64,000 nt of DNA from an uncultured delta proteobacterium (lineage in GTDB: Bacteria; Myxococcota_A; Polyangia; Polyangiales; Houyiibacteriaceae): positions 128,001-192,000 of the forward strand of contig CAVOVB010000010.1 of NCBI GenBank assembly GCA_963699755.1. Direction: 5' to 3'. Positions 49,823-59,771 of the stretch are shown one piece after another (positions within the stretch are counted from its first letter, which is position 1; every line of letters starts with the position of its first letter). The position numbers were made by a program, and so were the translations under genes. A model generated the notes under the pieces. That model made no database searches. It was not told the DNA's origin and worked only from the letters and a program-made list of their open reading frames with translations.

Positions 49823-51289
49823 TCAGCCAATCGCAGGGGGCCGAGATCCCATGAGGCCGCACTCACGTTCCACCGCCTGCGCCACGCTACACAGTAGCTC
49901 TTCTTCGAACGGAGCTGCCACGAGCTGAATGCCAATGGGGAGCCCTCCTGAAGAAAGGCCGCACGGGGTGCTCACCGCGGGCAAACCGGCAAGGCTTGGA
50001 GGCAAGGTGAAGATGTCGGCGAGGTACATCTCTAGTGGGTCGCCGGTTTTTTCACCGAGGGCGAAGGCCGGCGTTGGCGTCGTCGGCGTACAGACGACAT
50101 CGCAGCTCTCGAATGCCCTGTCGTAGTCGCGCCGGATCAGGGTTCGAACGCGCTGCGCCTTGAGATAGAAGGCATCGTAGTACCCTGCCGAAAGCGCGTA
50201 GGTCCCGAGCATGATGCGTCGGCGGACCTCTGGGCCAAAGCCCTCGGCTCGAGTCCTCATGTAGGTCTCGGTCAAGTCGTCGCCGGGCACCCGAAGTCCG
50301 TAGCGGATCCCATCGAAGCGAGCGAGGTTGCTCGACGCCTCGGCCGTCGCAATCAAGTAGTACACCGAGACGGCGTGCTTGGCGTGTGGCAGAGAAACGT
50401 CGACCAAGGTCGCGCCTTCTTTCTCGAGCGCGCTCAACGCCGATTCGGTTGCCACCCGAACGTTCTGATCTTGAAGGCCCGCGATCAGGTCGCGGACCAC
50501 GCCCACACGCAGCCCCTTCACGCCGCGATCGCAGGCGGCCAGGTAGCTGCCCGTCTCTCGCTCTGCCGACGTTGCGTCGCGCCCGTCATGGCCGGCCACT
50601 ACTTCGAGTAAGAGCGCAGCCTCGCGTACCGAACGCGCCATCGGTCCGACCTGGTCGAGCGACGATGCAAAGGCCACGAGGCCGTACCGAGACACTCGGC
50701 CATAGGTCGGTTTGATCGCCGTGATACCGCAGAACGCCGCTGGTTGCCGCACCGACCCGCCCGTGTCGCTGCCAAGCGCGAACGGCGCCAAGCCCGCTGC
50801 AGTTGCCGATGCCGAGCCACCCGAAGAACCGCCTGGGGCACGATCGAGAGCCCAGGGATTGTGCACGATTGCAAACGCCGAGTTCTCGTTGGACGAGCCC
50901 ATCGCGAACTCGTCGAGATTTGTTTTCCCGAGAATCACTGCCCCTGATGCGCGTAGCGCCTGGATGACGTGTGCATCATACGGCGGGATGTAGTCGCCGA
51001 GTATCTTCGATGCGCAGGTCGTGCGAACACCTCGCGTGCAGAGGTTGTCTTTCACCGCGATCGGAACCCCAGCCAAGGCTCCAAGCGCTTCACCGGCGCC
51101 TCGCATGCGATCGACTTGCGCAGCCGCCGCGAGCGCTCCCTCGTGGTCGATCGTGACAAAGCAACAGAGCGTCGGGTTGAGCGCTTCAGCCCGCGCGAGA
51201 TAGGCGCGCGCAACCTCGACCGCCGTCACTTTCCCGGCAGCGACCTGCTCTCGAATCTCGAAGGCGCTCTGCCAAGGAAAGTCGCTCAT
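49823..51289 (-). CDS. gatA: Asp/Glu-tRNA amidotransferase subunit A
   Basis: GKTNLDEFAMGSS, PGGSSGGS, GSDTGGSVRQPA, SSNLARFDG.RYG. Confidence 0.98.
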   Translation of the reverse strand: MSDFPWQSAFEIREQVAAGKVTAVEVARAYLARAEALNPTLCCFVTIDHEGALAAAAQVDRMRGAGEALGALAGVPIAVKDNLCTRGVRTTCASKILGDYIPPYDAHVIQALRASGAVILGKTNLDEFAMGSSNENSAFAIVHNPWALDRAPGGSSGGSASATAAGLAPFALGSDTGGSVRQPAAFCGITAIKPTYGRVSRYGLVAFASSLDQVGPMARSVREAALLLEVVAGHDGRDATSAERETGSYLAACDRGVKGLRVGVVRDLIAGLQDQNVRVATESALSALEKEGATLVDVSLPHAKHAVSVYYLIATAEASSNLARFDGIRYGLRVPGDDLTETYMRTRAEGFGPEVRRRIMLGTYALSAGYYDAFYLKAQRVRTLIRRDYDRAFESCDVVCTPTTPTPAFALGEKTGDPLEMYLADIFTLPPSLAGLPAVSTPCGLSSGGLPIGIQLVAAPFEEELLCSVAQAVERECGLMGSRPPAIG

Positions 51290-51591
51290 CCATCGGCCTC
51301 GAGCACGAGCGGCACCGCGTAACCACCCGCTTCGCTTGCCGGCGCCTGCGCAAGCGTCTCGGCGCGGTCAGCGCAGCGTTCGGGCACGTCCCGCCGCAGG
51401 GGCGCATCCATCGGAATCGAATGAAACGTCGGCGGGACGTCCGAAACGTCGAGCTCGCCCAGCCCGTCCATGTATCCGAGGATCGCGTCGAGCTGCGCCT
51501 GCATCTGTCGCGCCTCCTCATCGGACAGGGCCAGCCTGGCGAGCTTCGCGACGTGCAAAACCTGCTCTAGCGTGATCTTAGGGTCCGCCAT
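51286..51591 (-). CDS. gatC: Asp/Glu-tRNA amidotransferase subunit C
   Basis: V.HVAKLARL...L.ELD...V.PT...LR.D...AP...VP; overlaps the gatA start. Confidence 0.95.
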   Translation of the reverse strand: MADPKITLEQVLHVAKLARLALSDEEARQMQAQLDAILGYMDGLGELDVSDVPPTFHSIPMDAPLRRDVPERCADRAETLAQAPASEAGGYAVPLVLEADG

Positions 51592-51664
51592 GGGGCGCCG
51601 AAGGTAGCAGATCCGTCCTTTGAGGCGAGGTCTGCGTCCTCACTCACCAAAAATTGCGATTCGA

Positions 51665-51694
51665 TTGACGAATCAGTCCGAAAAGGCTTACCTT
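51665..51694 (+). promoter_or_regulatory. Possible sigma70-type promoter for the hybrid kinase
   Basis: TTGACG-N18-TACCTT in an AT-richer divergent intergenic region; motif match only. Confidence 0.3.
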
Positions 51695-51741
51695 TTTGCT
51701 TGAAACGGACATTTGCGGTGGCATCAGAACTAATCCGTTGG

Positions 51742-53142
51742 ATGGCTAACCAACTCCGCCTCAACCTCCTCGAAGAGGGGGAGAACGGCACCGTGAAAGC
51801 TAACCCGGGCGCAATCGTCGCGCTCCGGGGGGAGTTGCCCGCGGACTTGTTCGAAGGCGCTCGGCAATTGCTCGGGAACGTCGACGAGCTCGGTTTGAGG
51901 GATGCCATCGAGCGCGCGCGCGAAGGGAAGCCATCGGCCTTCGCCCCGCAGCCCGGCGTGCAACTGCTTGCGGTGCCCATCGCCGCTGGGCGCGCGGCCG
52001 TCTTGGTGACGTCGCAAGAGAGCCCACTCGCCGAGAACGTTCAGGCGAAGGCCGCCGCTGCCGATCTCGCCGCAGGCGTTTCACACGAAGTCGCCAACGC
52101 ACTGAGCGCGATCGTTGGCTGGGCGCAGGTGGCCCGCGAGCGACCCGACAAGGCCCCCCCAGAAGAAGCGCTCAGCTTGATTGAGAAGAGCGCACAGGTC
52201 GCTCGCGACGCCACGCAAGACCTCTTGCGCATGGTGCGGCACACCAATCACGAAAGGACACACACCGACTTGTCGGTAGTCATTCGCGACGTCGTGCGTC
52301 TCATTCGTCCCGAAGCCCAGAGCAAGCGCGTGAACGTCGAAGCCGAAGTCGAGGACTCTTGCTGGGTCGAGGGCAAGCGATCGCAACTCTTTTCGATCGT
52401 CTGGAACCTCGCGCACAACGCCGTGCAGATGGTTCCCGCGAACGGAAAGGTCTCGATTCAGGCCCGTCGACGCGGTTCCCTCGTCGAGCTCGAAGTTCTC
52501 GACAACGGGCCCGGAATGTCCGAAGCCCAACAAGCGCGCGTGTTCGAGCCATATTACACCACCCGAACCGAGGGCACCGGCCTAGGCCTCGCAATCGTTC
52601 GCGGGACCGTCGAGTCACTCGGGGGCAGAATTCGTCTCGACACCTCGCCTGGACGAGGCGCGAGGTTCCGCATCGAGCTTCCCGAGGTAGGCGTGAAACG
52701 TGATTCCGACCTGGTGCCGAAGCCATCCCGTATCAGTCGGGTCATCAAGCCCGAAGAGGTGCAGAGCAGCCATGTGCTCGTCGTGGAAGACGACGAAGGC
52801 GTGCGCGGCCTCATCGCGACGACTTTGATGCTCACCGGTGTCGCCTCTACCTGTGTCGGAACGGCAAGAGAAGCACTCGAGAGCAGCGGGCCCTTCTCTG
52901 CGGCGATGATCGACCTCACCCTTCCCGATGAGCGCGGAGACATCCTCCTCGGCCAGCTGCGAAAGAAGGGCTTGGTGACCCGGGCTGCGATCATGAGCGG
53001 CGCACCACCGCCGGACGATGCCGATCCCGACGGCAAACCCGAGCGCTGGCTTCGCAAGCCCTTCGACCCCTCGGATCTTCTTCAGACTGTCGGGGAGCTC
53101 CTCGAATCGGATTCGGACGCACGAAGCGCATCTGGCTCTTAA
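51742..53142 (+). CDS. Cytoplasmic hybrid histidine kinase (HisKA-HATPase-REC)
   Basis: SHEVANAL H-box, N..HNA, DNGPGM, GTGLGL; C-terminal REC VVEDD...DLTLP...KPF; no TM segment. Confidence 0.92.
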   Translation: MANQLRLNLLEEGENGTVKANPGAIVALRGELPADLFEGARQLLGNVDELGLRDAIERAREGKPSAFAPQPGVQLLAVPIAAGRAAVLVTSQESPLAENVQAKAAAADLAAGVSHEVANALSAIVGWAQVARERPDKAPPEEALSLIEKSAQVARDATQDLLRMVRHTNHERTHTDLSVVIRDVVRLIRPEAQSKRVNVEAEVEDSCWVEGKRSQLFSIVWNLAHNAVQMVPANGKVSIQARRRGSLVELEVLDNGPGMSEAQQARVFEPYYTTRTEGTGLGLAIVRGTVESLGGRIRLDTSPGRGARFRIELPEVGVKRDSDLVPKPSRISRVIKPEEVQSSHVLVVEDDEGVRGLIATTLMLTGVASTCVGTAREALESSGPFSAAMIDLTLPDERGDILLGQLRKKGLVTRAAIMSGAPPPDDADPDGKPERWLRKPFDPSDLLQTVGELLESDSDARSASGS

Positions 53143-53957
53143 GTAAAGCGATCCGCCAAGGCCTGAATGTGGCGCGGCCCCGTTCCACAGCAACCCCCGA
53201 TGACCGTCGCGCCGGCTTCCCTCCATCGTTCGGCAAGGTCTGCATAGGCCTCCGCGACCGCTGTGCTCGTCGCGCCCCAGCCAAGCGCCTCGTCTCTCCG
53301 TCCAGCGTTGGCATACACGCCTGTCGGAACCGCTAGCGAAGCGATCGCGTCGACGTAGGCCCCGATCTGCGACGCGGCGATGCAGTTGACCAGAAGACGG
53401 CCGATGCCGATCGACACCGCATCCTTTCCGATCCGGGCAAGCTCGGCCGCCGAGAGGAGCTCACCGAAAGGGCCCGCCGTCAGAGACAACCAGACGGGCA
53501 AACCAGTCCGTATCGCTTCCTCGGCGGCAACGAGCGCCTCCTCCCCGTTCGCGAAGGTCTCGCAAAGCAGGATGTCGCAACCCGCAACCGCGAGCGCCGT
53601 CGCCACCTGCCGATGCTCCGGCCGAGCCCCCCGGCCGGGGCTCAGCTCGGGTCGGTAGCAATCCTCGACAGGCGCCATGCTTCCGAGGACTGTCCCCCCG
53701 GGCCCCACTGCATCGCGCGCGATGCGAACCGCGTCCCGGAGCCGGGCAAGCCAATCGTCGCCGAACGCGCGGGGCTGCGTCCGAAACGTGTTGGCGGTGT
53801 GAAGCGTAGCGCCCGCCTCGGCGTACCGAACATGGAGCTCCGTGAGCAACTGTGGAGCCTCGCATATCGCTCGGGCGCTCCACTCCGGCGCCTCGAGGTC
53901 TAGGCCGCTCGAAGCCAGCTCGGTCCCGATCGCTCCATCCAGGATCTGCAACACCAC
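53139..53957 (-). CDS. Homocysteine S-methyltransferase family protein
   Basis: ILDGAIGTEL, H..Y.EAGA, TANTF, ET, VNC, GVYAN, IGGCCG zinc ligands; start position approximate. Confidence 0.92.
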   Translation of the reverse strand: MVLQILDGAIGTELASSGLDLEAPEWSARAICEAPQLLTELHVRYAEAGATLHTANTFRTQPRAFGDDWLARLRDAVRIARDAVGPGGTVLGSMAPVEDCYRPELSPGRGARPEHRQVATALAVAGCDILLCETFANGEEALVAAEEAIRTGLPVWLSLTAGPFGELLSAAELARIGKDAVSIGIGRLLVNCIAASQIGAYVDAIASLAVPTGVYANAGRRDEALGWGATSTAVAEAYADLAERWREAGATVIGGCCGTGPRHIQALADRFT

Positions 53958-54012
53958 GACGAGGCCTAGTCTAGCAACTGACCCGGCCCGAGGGAGCTGA
54001 TAGGCTTCGACG

Positions 54013-56148
54013 GTGGACGCCAGGACCCAGACCTCGTTCATCGCGGCCCTTCTCTGCTTCGCGCTCGCCGCCAGCGTTCTTCTGCGCACCCAACGCCAAC
54101 GCAACCGCTGGCTTTTTGGAATCCTCGCTACGAACACCGGCCTCTGGTACGTCAGCACTTTCGTGCTCGGCCTGGTCGGCCGAGTACCGTTCTGGGAGCG
54201 CTTCAATCTGATCTGTGGCGTCTTGCTCCCCCTCGCAGCAGTACGCTTCTTCGGGGTGTTCGCACCCTGGGAGACCGGACGCACGCGCTTTCTCGCCCGT
54301 GCGTCGGTCGTCGCCGCCGTCGTGCTCCTCGGCGCCATGTTGACCCCCTTTTACGATCACGCAGTCGTCGTCGGAGGCCTGCTTCTCTACGCTACCGTGT
54401 TTCTCTCCCTCGCCCTCGGCTACCTCTACAAGCTCGGCTTCGAGACGGATTCTCGTGTCGAAGGCGCGCGTCTTCGCTACATCGCACTGGTCGGCGGATT
54501 CGGCGGCCTCTTCACGTTGATCGAGTATCTCCCCTACGTCGGCCTCGACATCCCCCCCGTCGGAACGATCCTGATCCTGGTCTTCCTCTATGCCCTCTCC
54601 CAGTCGATCACCCACTACCGCCTCTTCGACCTCTATGAGCTCGCCGGCCGCCTTGGTGTCCTGACGGCTCTCGCCTTCGTGCTGGCCTTCATCTTGTGGC
54701 TCATGCGCCTGGTTTCTGGCGAGCAGCTATTCCTCCACGTCGTCGTGTCTGCGTTCGTCGTGCTCATTCTGTTCGACCCGGTCCGAAGCAAGGTTCAGGA
54801 ATGGATCTCGCAAGTGTTCTTCCACGAACGCTTCGAGCTCGAGCGAACGATTCTGGCTCTTCGTAGGTCGGTCGCCCACATCCTCGACATCGACGAGCTC
54901 GGGCAAGTGCTGGTCGAAGGGCTTGCCGCATCGCCGCGATTCACTCAGGGCGCGCTCTACCTTCTCGGTCCCGATGCGCGGGTGTTCAAGCTGAGAAACC
55001 ACTTCGGCCCCAAGTCCGCGGAGCGAGTCGAGATGGCGCCGGCGCGACCCCTGCTCGACCGCCTCTCGAAAATGGGCACGGCCGTGCTCGAGAACGCCGA
55101 ACGCGAGCTCGAAGAGCGAAGGCTCGTCGGCGACGACCGAGAAGCCGAAACCGCGCACGACATCGCGGTCACCATGCGAGCGCTCCAAGCCTCGGTCTGC
55201 CTGGGTCTCCGCGGCGAGTCGGGGCACCTCTACGGCTTTCTCACCCTGCGGGACGATCGCTTGCGGGACGCCTTCTCGCGCGAGGAGGTCCAGCTTCTGG
55301 CAGGCTTGGCCACTCAGGTCGCGGTCACCGTCGAGAACTCCGAGCTCTATCAACAGATGAAGGAAAAGGACCGACTGGCCGCGCTCGGGGAAATGGCCGC
55401 CGGCCTCGCGCACGAAATCCGCAACCCCCTCGGTTCGATCAAGGCGAGCGCCCAGTACTTGTCGGAGACCTCAGCCCAAGCTCAAGACGGCGCCGAGTTC
55501 CTCGACATCATCGTGGACGAGGTCGACCGGCTCAATCGCGTCGTCAGCTCGTTCCTCGATTACGCGCGCCCCGCCCATAGCGACCCTGAGCCAATCCACG
55601 TCAACGCTGCCGTCGAGTTGACGCTCCAATTTCTCCGACCTGAATGCGATTCCGCCAACGTCAGCTTGCACGTCGCGATGGACGAGGACTTGCCGAAAGT
55701 GCGGATCGACATCGAGCACCTCCGACAGGTGCTGATCAACCTCGTCCAGAATGCGGTTCAAGCGATGACGAGCGGCGGCGACATCTTCGTAGAGACGCGC
55801 AGCCAGGATCGCTTCGGCATCGGCGGCGGTGCACGACGCTGGGTTCAAATCAGCGTTCGAGACACCGGCCCAGGAATCGCGCCTGGCTTGCTCGCAAACC
55901 TCTTCGTTCCCTTCGTCACCACCAAACAGCAAGGGACAGGTCTCGGGCTCGCGATCTCACAGCGAATCGTGGCGGAGGCCGGCGGCCGCATCGACGTCCG
56001 CAGTCGCCAAGGGTTTGGCACTACCTTCGTGGTTTTGCTCCCCGCCGAAGGCGAAGCGTCTCTCGACAGTTTCGAGGCCGAAGGAGCAATCGATCGCAGC
56101 GGGGAGACGGCCAGACCGGCCGCTCACCTCGAGCCGGTCAAACCCTGA
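54013..56148 (+). CDS. Membrane sensor histidine kinase (multi-TM N-terminus, GAF, HisKA, HATPase)
   Basis: About eight hydrophobic segments; LAHEIRNPL, NL..NA, DTGPGI, GTGLGL. Confidence 0.95.
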   Translation: MDARTQTSFIAALLCFALAASVLLRTQRQRNRWLFGILATNTGLWYVSTFVLGLVGRVPFWERFNLICGVLLPLAAVRFFGVFAPWETGRTRFLARASVVAAVVLLGAMLTPFYDHAVVVGGLLLYATVFLSLALGYLYKLGFETDSRVEGARLRYIALVGGFGGLFTLIEYLPYVGLDIPPVGTILILVFLYALSQSITHYRLFDLYELAGRLGVLTALAFVLAFILWLMRLVSGEQLFLHVVVSAFVVLILFDPVRSKVQEWISQVFFHERFELERTILALRRSVAHILDIDELGQVLVEGLAASPRFTQGALYLLGPDARVFKLRNHFGPKSAERVEMAPARPLLDRLSKMGTAVLENAERELEERRLVGDDREAETAHDIAVTMRALQASVCLGLRGESGHLYGFLTLRDDRLRDAFSREEVQLLAGLATQVAVTVENSELYQQMKEKDRLAALGEMAAGLAHEIRNPLGSIKASAQYLSETSAQAQDGAEFLDIIVDEVDRLNRVVSSFLDYARPAHSDPEPIHVNAAVELTLQFLRPECDSANVSLHVAMDEDLPKVRIDIEHLRQVLINLVQNAVQAMTSGGDIFVETRSQDRFGIGGGARRWVQISVRDTGPGIAPGLLANLFVPFVTTKQQGTGLGLAISQRIVAEAGGRIDVRSRQGFGTTFVVLLPAEGEASLDSFEAEGAIDRSGETARPAAHLEPVKP

Positions 56149-57086
56149 TCGATCGACACGGTCTGCATCCGCACTCGATACAGGCGAAGATCGCTTCGCC
56201 CGAAGCTGTCCTCGGGGAGCCCGTTGTTGCGGAACAGCTTCTTGTACGCTTCGGTCGGGCTGCCCGCCATCTGAGTCGCTCGCGGCAGAAGATAGCGCCA
56301 TCGTGCCGGCTGCTCATAGGCCACCCCGTGCTGTGGCTTCACCAGCGCGTCGATCAGCGAAATCGCCCCCGGGTCGAAGGTACCATCGTCGAACAGGAAG
56401 GCCACCTCGACGTCGAGCTGATCGAGTCGCTCGCCAAGGGGCCCACCCATCATCTCCGTCCGCTCTTCCCAGCGCTCTCTCGCCGCAAGCGACGCAGTGG
56501 TCAGGGCATCGGTGATCGACTGGGCCCGCGCCGAACGCCAAAGCCGTGGACCGAGCGCACCGCTCAGCAAGACCAACACCTCGACCGCTTGTTCCTCGGT
56601 GAGCTCTTCGGGGAACGCGTCGATCGGAGGGGGATCCCTCCCTTCGAGAATGCCCCGCGCCACTCGGGCGAGCACCCGGTCGGAAAGCGCGACCGGCCAC
56701 TTGGTTTCGTCGATGACGTAAAGCAGGCCCTGCTCCGTCAGCGCCGCGCCTCGAAACCCGCGAACCACGCCGCCTGAGGCCAAGCGTCCCGCCAGCGATA
56801 GCTCCGCCCCCGATGGCCGCTCGACAGATACGCCAACCCAGAGGCCCTGAAGCCCGGCGGCGCGGAGCGCCTCGCGCAAGCGTTCGGGATCGACCCCCTC
56901 GACCGCATCCTCGATCGCTGGGTAGGCTCGCACTGGATCCCAGTCGAGACCGCGAGGCGGCGGCACCAGCGCCACGACCCGCGTCCACTGCCGCAGCAGC
57001 GCCGGCACCTCGGGCCGGCTTTGACGCCAGACGAGCAGTGCCCCCGCGACTCCCAAGATTACCAATAGCCAGCCGCGCTTTGCCAT
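56124..57086 (-). CDS. Membrane-anchored protein with a divergent AMMECR1-like C-terminal domain
   Basis: N-terminal TM; C-terminal L..LDVEV...HGV.......YLLP.......L....GLP..SF...D.RLYR pattern resembles AMMECR1; LRGCIG is absent. Confidence 0.65.
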   Translation of the reverse strand: MAKRGWLLVILGVAGALLVWRQSRPEVPALLRQWTRVVALVPPPRGLDWDPVRAYPAIEDAVEGVDPERLREALRAAGLQGLWVGVSVERPSGAELSLAGRLASGGVVRGFRGAALTEQGLLYVIDETKWPVALSDRVLARVARGILEGRDPPPIDAFPEELTEEQAVEVLVLLSGALGPRLWRSARAQSITDALTTASLAARERWEERTEMMGGPLGERLDQLDVEVAFLFDDGTFDPGAISLIDALVKPQHGVAYEQPARWRYLLPRATQMAGSPTEAYKKLFRNNGLPEDSFGRSDLRLYRVRMQTVSIDQGLTGSR

Positions 57087-57114
57087 CCCGTTACCCCTTA
57101 TCGTAAGAAGCGGC

Positions 57115-57624
57115 ATGCCCCAAGGTCCCAAGCTCCGCGCGGCCCCGACGGCCAGCCCTTTTCGCGTGGTTTTGGTCGAGCCGGAGATTCCACCCAACAC
57201 CGGAGCGGTCGCCCGCACCTGTGGAGCGACCCAATCACCGCTGCACTTAGTGGGACCGCTCGGCTTCCAGATCGACGAGCACGCGGTCCGCCGCGCGGGT
57301 CTCGACTACTGGGACCTGGTTGAGATCCATCTCCACGAATCATTTGAGGCCTTCGAGGAATCCAATCCACATGTTCGAATTCATTTGTTTTCCGCGAATG
57401 CATCTCGGTCGTACTTGGAGGCTGCGTTCGAGCCCGGGGACGCCTTGGTCTTCGGCCGGGAGTCGGTCGGCCTGCCCCGAGAGCTGTTAGAAGACCGCCA
57501 ACACGTCTGGGCTATCCCGACCATCGGAGCGGTCCGCAGCCTCAATCTGAGCAACGCCGTCGCCATCGTTCTCTACGAGGCTCTGCGCCAGAACCGTGCA
57601 TTCGAGGACACCTTTCTGGGCTAG
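57115..57624 (+). CDS. trmL: tRNA (cytidine/uridine-34-2'-O)-methyltransferase
   Basis: PEIPPNTG, RRAGLDYW, FGRES.GLP, RSLNLSN. Confidence 0.96.
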   Translation: MPQGPKLRAAPTASPFRVVLVEPEIPPNTGAVARTCGATQSPLHLVGPLGFQIDEHAVRRAGLDYWDLVEIHLHESFEAFEESNPHVRIHLFSANASRSYLEAAFEPGDALVFGRESVGLPRELLEDRQHVWAIPTIGAVRSLNLSNAVAIVLYEALRQNRAFEDTFLG

Positions 57625-57669
57625 CGGCTGCAGCCGTGAATACCGCCGGACGGGGTGCGTCCGAGCTTC

Positions 57670-58608
57670 ATGGCCAACTCACGCGTAGTCTCTTTTCTTC
57701 CGCTGCTGCTCCTCGCTGGCTGCCCCGTCTACGGCTCGGGGCCGGTCCAGCGCGAAGTTCAGGTCTCCTGTCAGAGCGACTTTGACTGTCCGGCGGACGC
57801 GTTCTGCGATCCGGGGACCCACAGTTGCATCGGCTATGACTTCGGGATCTGTCTCACCTCCGGCGATTGCCCAGTCGGTAGCTACTGCGACCGTGCCGAC
57901 GGCGGATGCTACATCCCCCCCGTCGCCGAATGCCGCACTGACCCCGATTGCATGTCGGGCTTCGAGTGTGACTTCCGCGACAGCTGCCGCCCCGCCGTCG
58001 CTGGGAATTGCCTGGACGATGACGGTTGCTTCGGAGGCGAGCTCTGCATCGAAAACCTCTGCCTCGCGGTCAACGAGACCTGCCAGTTCGACTTCCAGTG
58101 CGCTGCTGGCTTCGCCTGTGCCAACAACCGCTGTCGGCTCCTCTGCGGTCCTGACACGATCTGCCCAAGCGGCACGGCATGCGAGGCAAGTCTCTGTCAG
58201 CCGATCGTGGCCGAGTGCGTCGACAGCAGCGAATGCCCGGACCTCAAGACCAACTGCGTCGAAGGAACTTGCCTGCGTCGCTGCGACGAAGGCTGCAACG
58301 CCGCGATCGAGACTTGTGACCCGGAAGGCTTCTGCCGGCCACGCACCAGCCCGGACCCCGCAGCGCCCATACCCTTCTGCCGCACCGATGCCGACTGCGA
58401 CGGCAGCATCTGTGTCGAGGGATTGTGCCGCACCGAGTGCGACGCTAGCCTTCCCGAGCCCGACTTGATCTGCGCTTCGCGTGACGGTCAGGTTCCCCTC
58501 TGCGGCCCTGACGACCTCTGCTACGCCGAAAGCGAGCTCGAGAGCGACTGCCGGGTCCAGCGTGATTGCCCCGATGGGCAGGACTGCGTCGACGGCAAGT
58601 GCCGCTAG
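57670..58608 (+). CDS. Cys-rich lipoprotein with 11 four-Cys modules
   Basis: Lipobox LLAGC plus 44 further Cys, mostly in C-x5-C-x5-C-x4-6-C units. Confidence 0.88.
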   Translation: MANSRVVSFLPLLLLAGCPVYGSGPVQREVQVSCQSDFDCPADAFCDPGTHSCIGYDFGICLTSGDCPVGSYCDRADGGCYIPPVAECRTDPDCMSGFECDFRDSCRPAVAGNCLDDDGCFGGELCIENLCLAVNETCQFDFQCAAGFACANNRCRLLCGPDTICPSGTACEASLCQPIVAECVDSSECPDLKTNCVEGTCLRRCDEGCNAAIETCDPEGFCRPRTSPDPAAPIPFCRTDADCDGSICVEGLCRTECDASLPEPDLICASRDGQVPLCGPDDLCYAESELESDCRVQRDCPDGQDCVDGKCR

Positions 58609-59771
58609 ACCACCTGGTAGCGTAGGCGCCGGAGGTCCCGAAGGACCCGGTCGATCGAATGCGCGGGCTCGTACCCCAACTCGGTTCGAGCCCGCGTGTC
58701 GTCGACCATGCAGACGTAGCGCAGGTGGTCGAGCTCTTCCGATGGAAACGAGCTGAGCCGTAGCTTCCAGAGCTGGTCGAGCGCTACCTTGGCGAGCGGG
58801 GATGGCACGATTCGCGGACGCCCACCGGTTTTGCGCACGAGATGCGAAAGCGGCATCTCCCCGGGGCCACGGATGTTGAAGATGCCGCGCACGCCAGGAC
58901 GCAGCGCAAGCTGAATCGCGCGAACCACGTCTCGCTCATGCACGACCTGCATCATCGGGTCGAAGCCCATCACCATGACCGGGCGCTCGAGCCGGAGATA
59001 GTTGCTCGCGGCGTTGTGGACCCGGCCGACGATGTGGCAGGGCCGAAGCACCACGGTTTCAGTGTCCGCCTGCTTCCAGAAGAAACCCTGAGCGAGCATA
59101 TCAAGCTCTACTAGATCCCGCATGCCGCCGAAGTGCTGCGCGCCGAGCAGAGGCGCGTCCTCGGTGAGGAACTGAGGGTTGTTGGGCTGGGGGCCGTACA
59201 CATTGGCGCCCGAAAGCACGACCAGCTTGGGCACTTTGTACTGCGTCATGTAGTCGAGCAGCTTCTGGAAGGCGACGATGTTCCAGGAATGCCGGTCGCG
59301 ATCGCTCCGCCGAGGGTCGTGCAGGATCCCGAGGTGGACGACCGCGCGAATGTCGCGGCTGCGGAAGATGTCTTTCATCTTCTTTCGCCGCATGTCGATT
59401 TGATGATGCACGATGTCCTTGGGACGGTCGTCGAAGGAACGGCGGTCGACACCCACGACGCGATCGGTGCGATGCAGCTCTCGCGCGAGAAGCTTCCCGA
59501 GACGGCCACATACACCGGTCACCAAGACCGCGCCCTCGAGCGCGGGCCCTGGACGCTTGCCGGTCGCCGGCTCGGTTCGCGCTTGCACGCGCGCCTGCGC
59601 CTCGGGAGGCCGCTCGAAGTCCACCGCGGGGGCGCTCGAGTGCCCGAAGACGCCACGCGCGACCGGCGTCCTTGTGGAGGGACGCTCCCGAACGGGCTCA
59701 GTCCCCCGGCGTACCCTCGGCTTGCTTCGGTTTCTGGCCTGTGGATTTGGCATCGCTGCTGTCTTGGTCAA
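58605..59771 (-). CDS. NAD-dependent epimerase/dehydratase (extended SDR)
   Basis: VLVTGVCGRLG, VVHLG, SGANVYG, HERDV; start uncertain (low-complexity N-terminal extension). Confidence 0.88.
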   Translation of the reverse strand: MTKTAAMPNPQARNRSKPRVRRGTEPVRERPSTRTPVARGVFGHSSAPAVDFERPPEAQARVQARTEPATGKRPGPALEGAVLVTGVCGRLGKLLARELHRTDRVVGVDRRSFDDRPKDIVHHQIDMRRKKMKDIFRSRDIRAVVHLGILHDPRRSDRDRHSWNIVAFQKLLDYMTQYKVPKLVVLSGANVYGPQPNNPQFLTEDAPLLGAQHFGGMRDLVELDMLAQGFFWKQADTETVVLRPCHIVGRVHNAASNYLRLERPVMVMGFDPMMQVVHERDVVRAIQLALRPGVRGIFNIRGPGEMPLSHLVRKTGGRPRIVPSPLAKVALDQLWKLRLSSFPSEELDHLRYVCMVDDTRARTELGYEPAHSIDRVLRDLRRLRYQVV

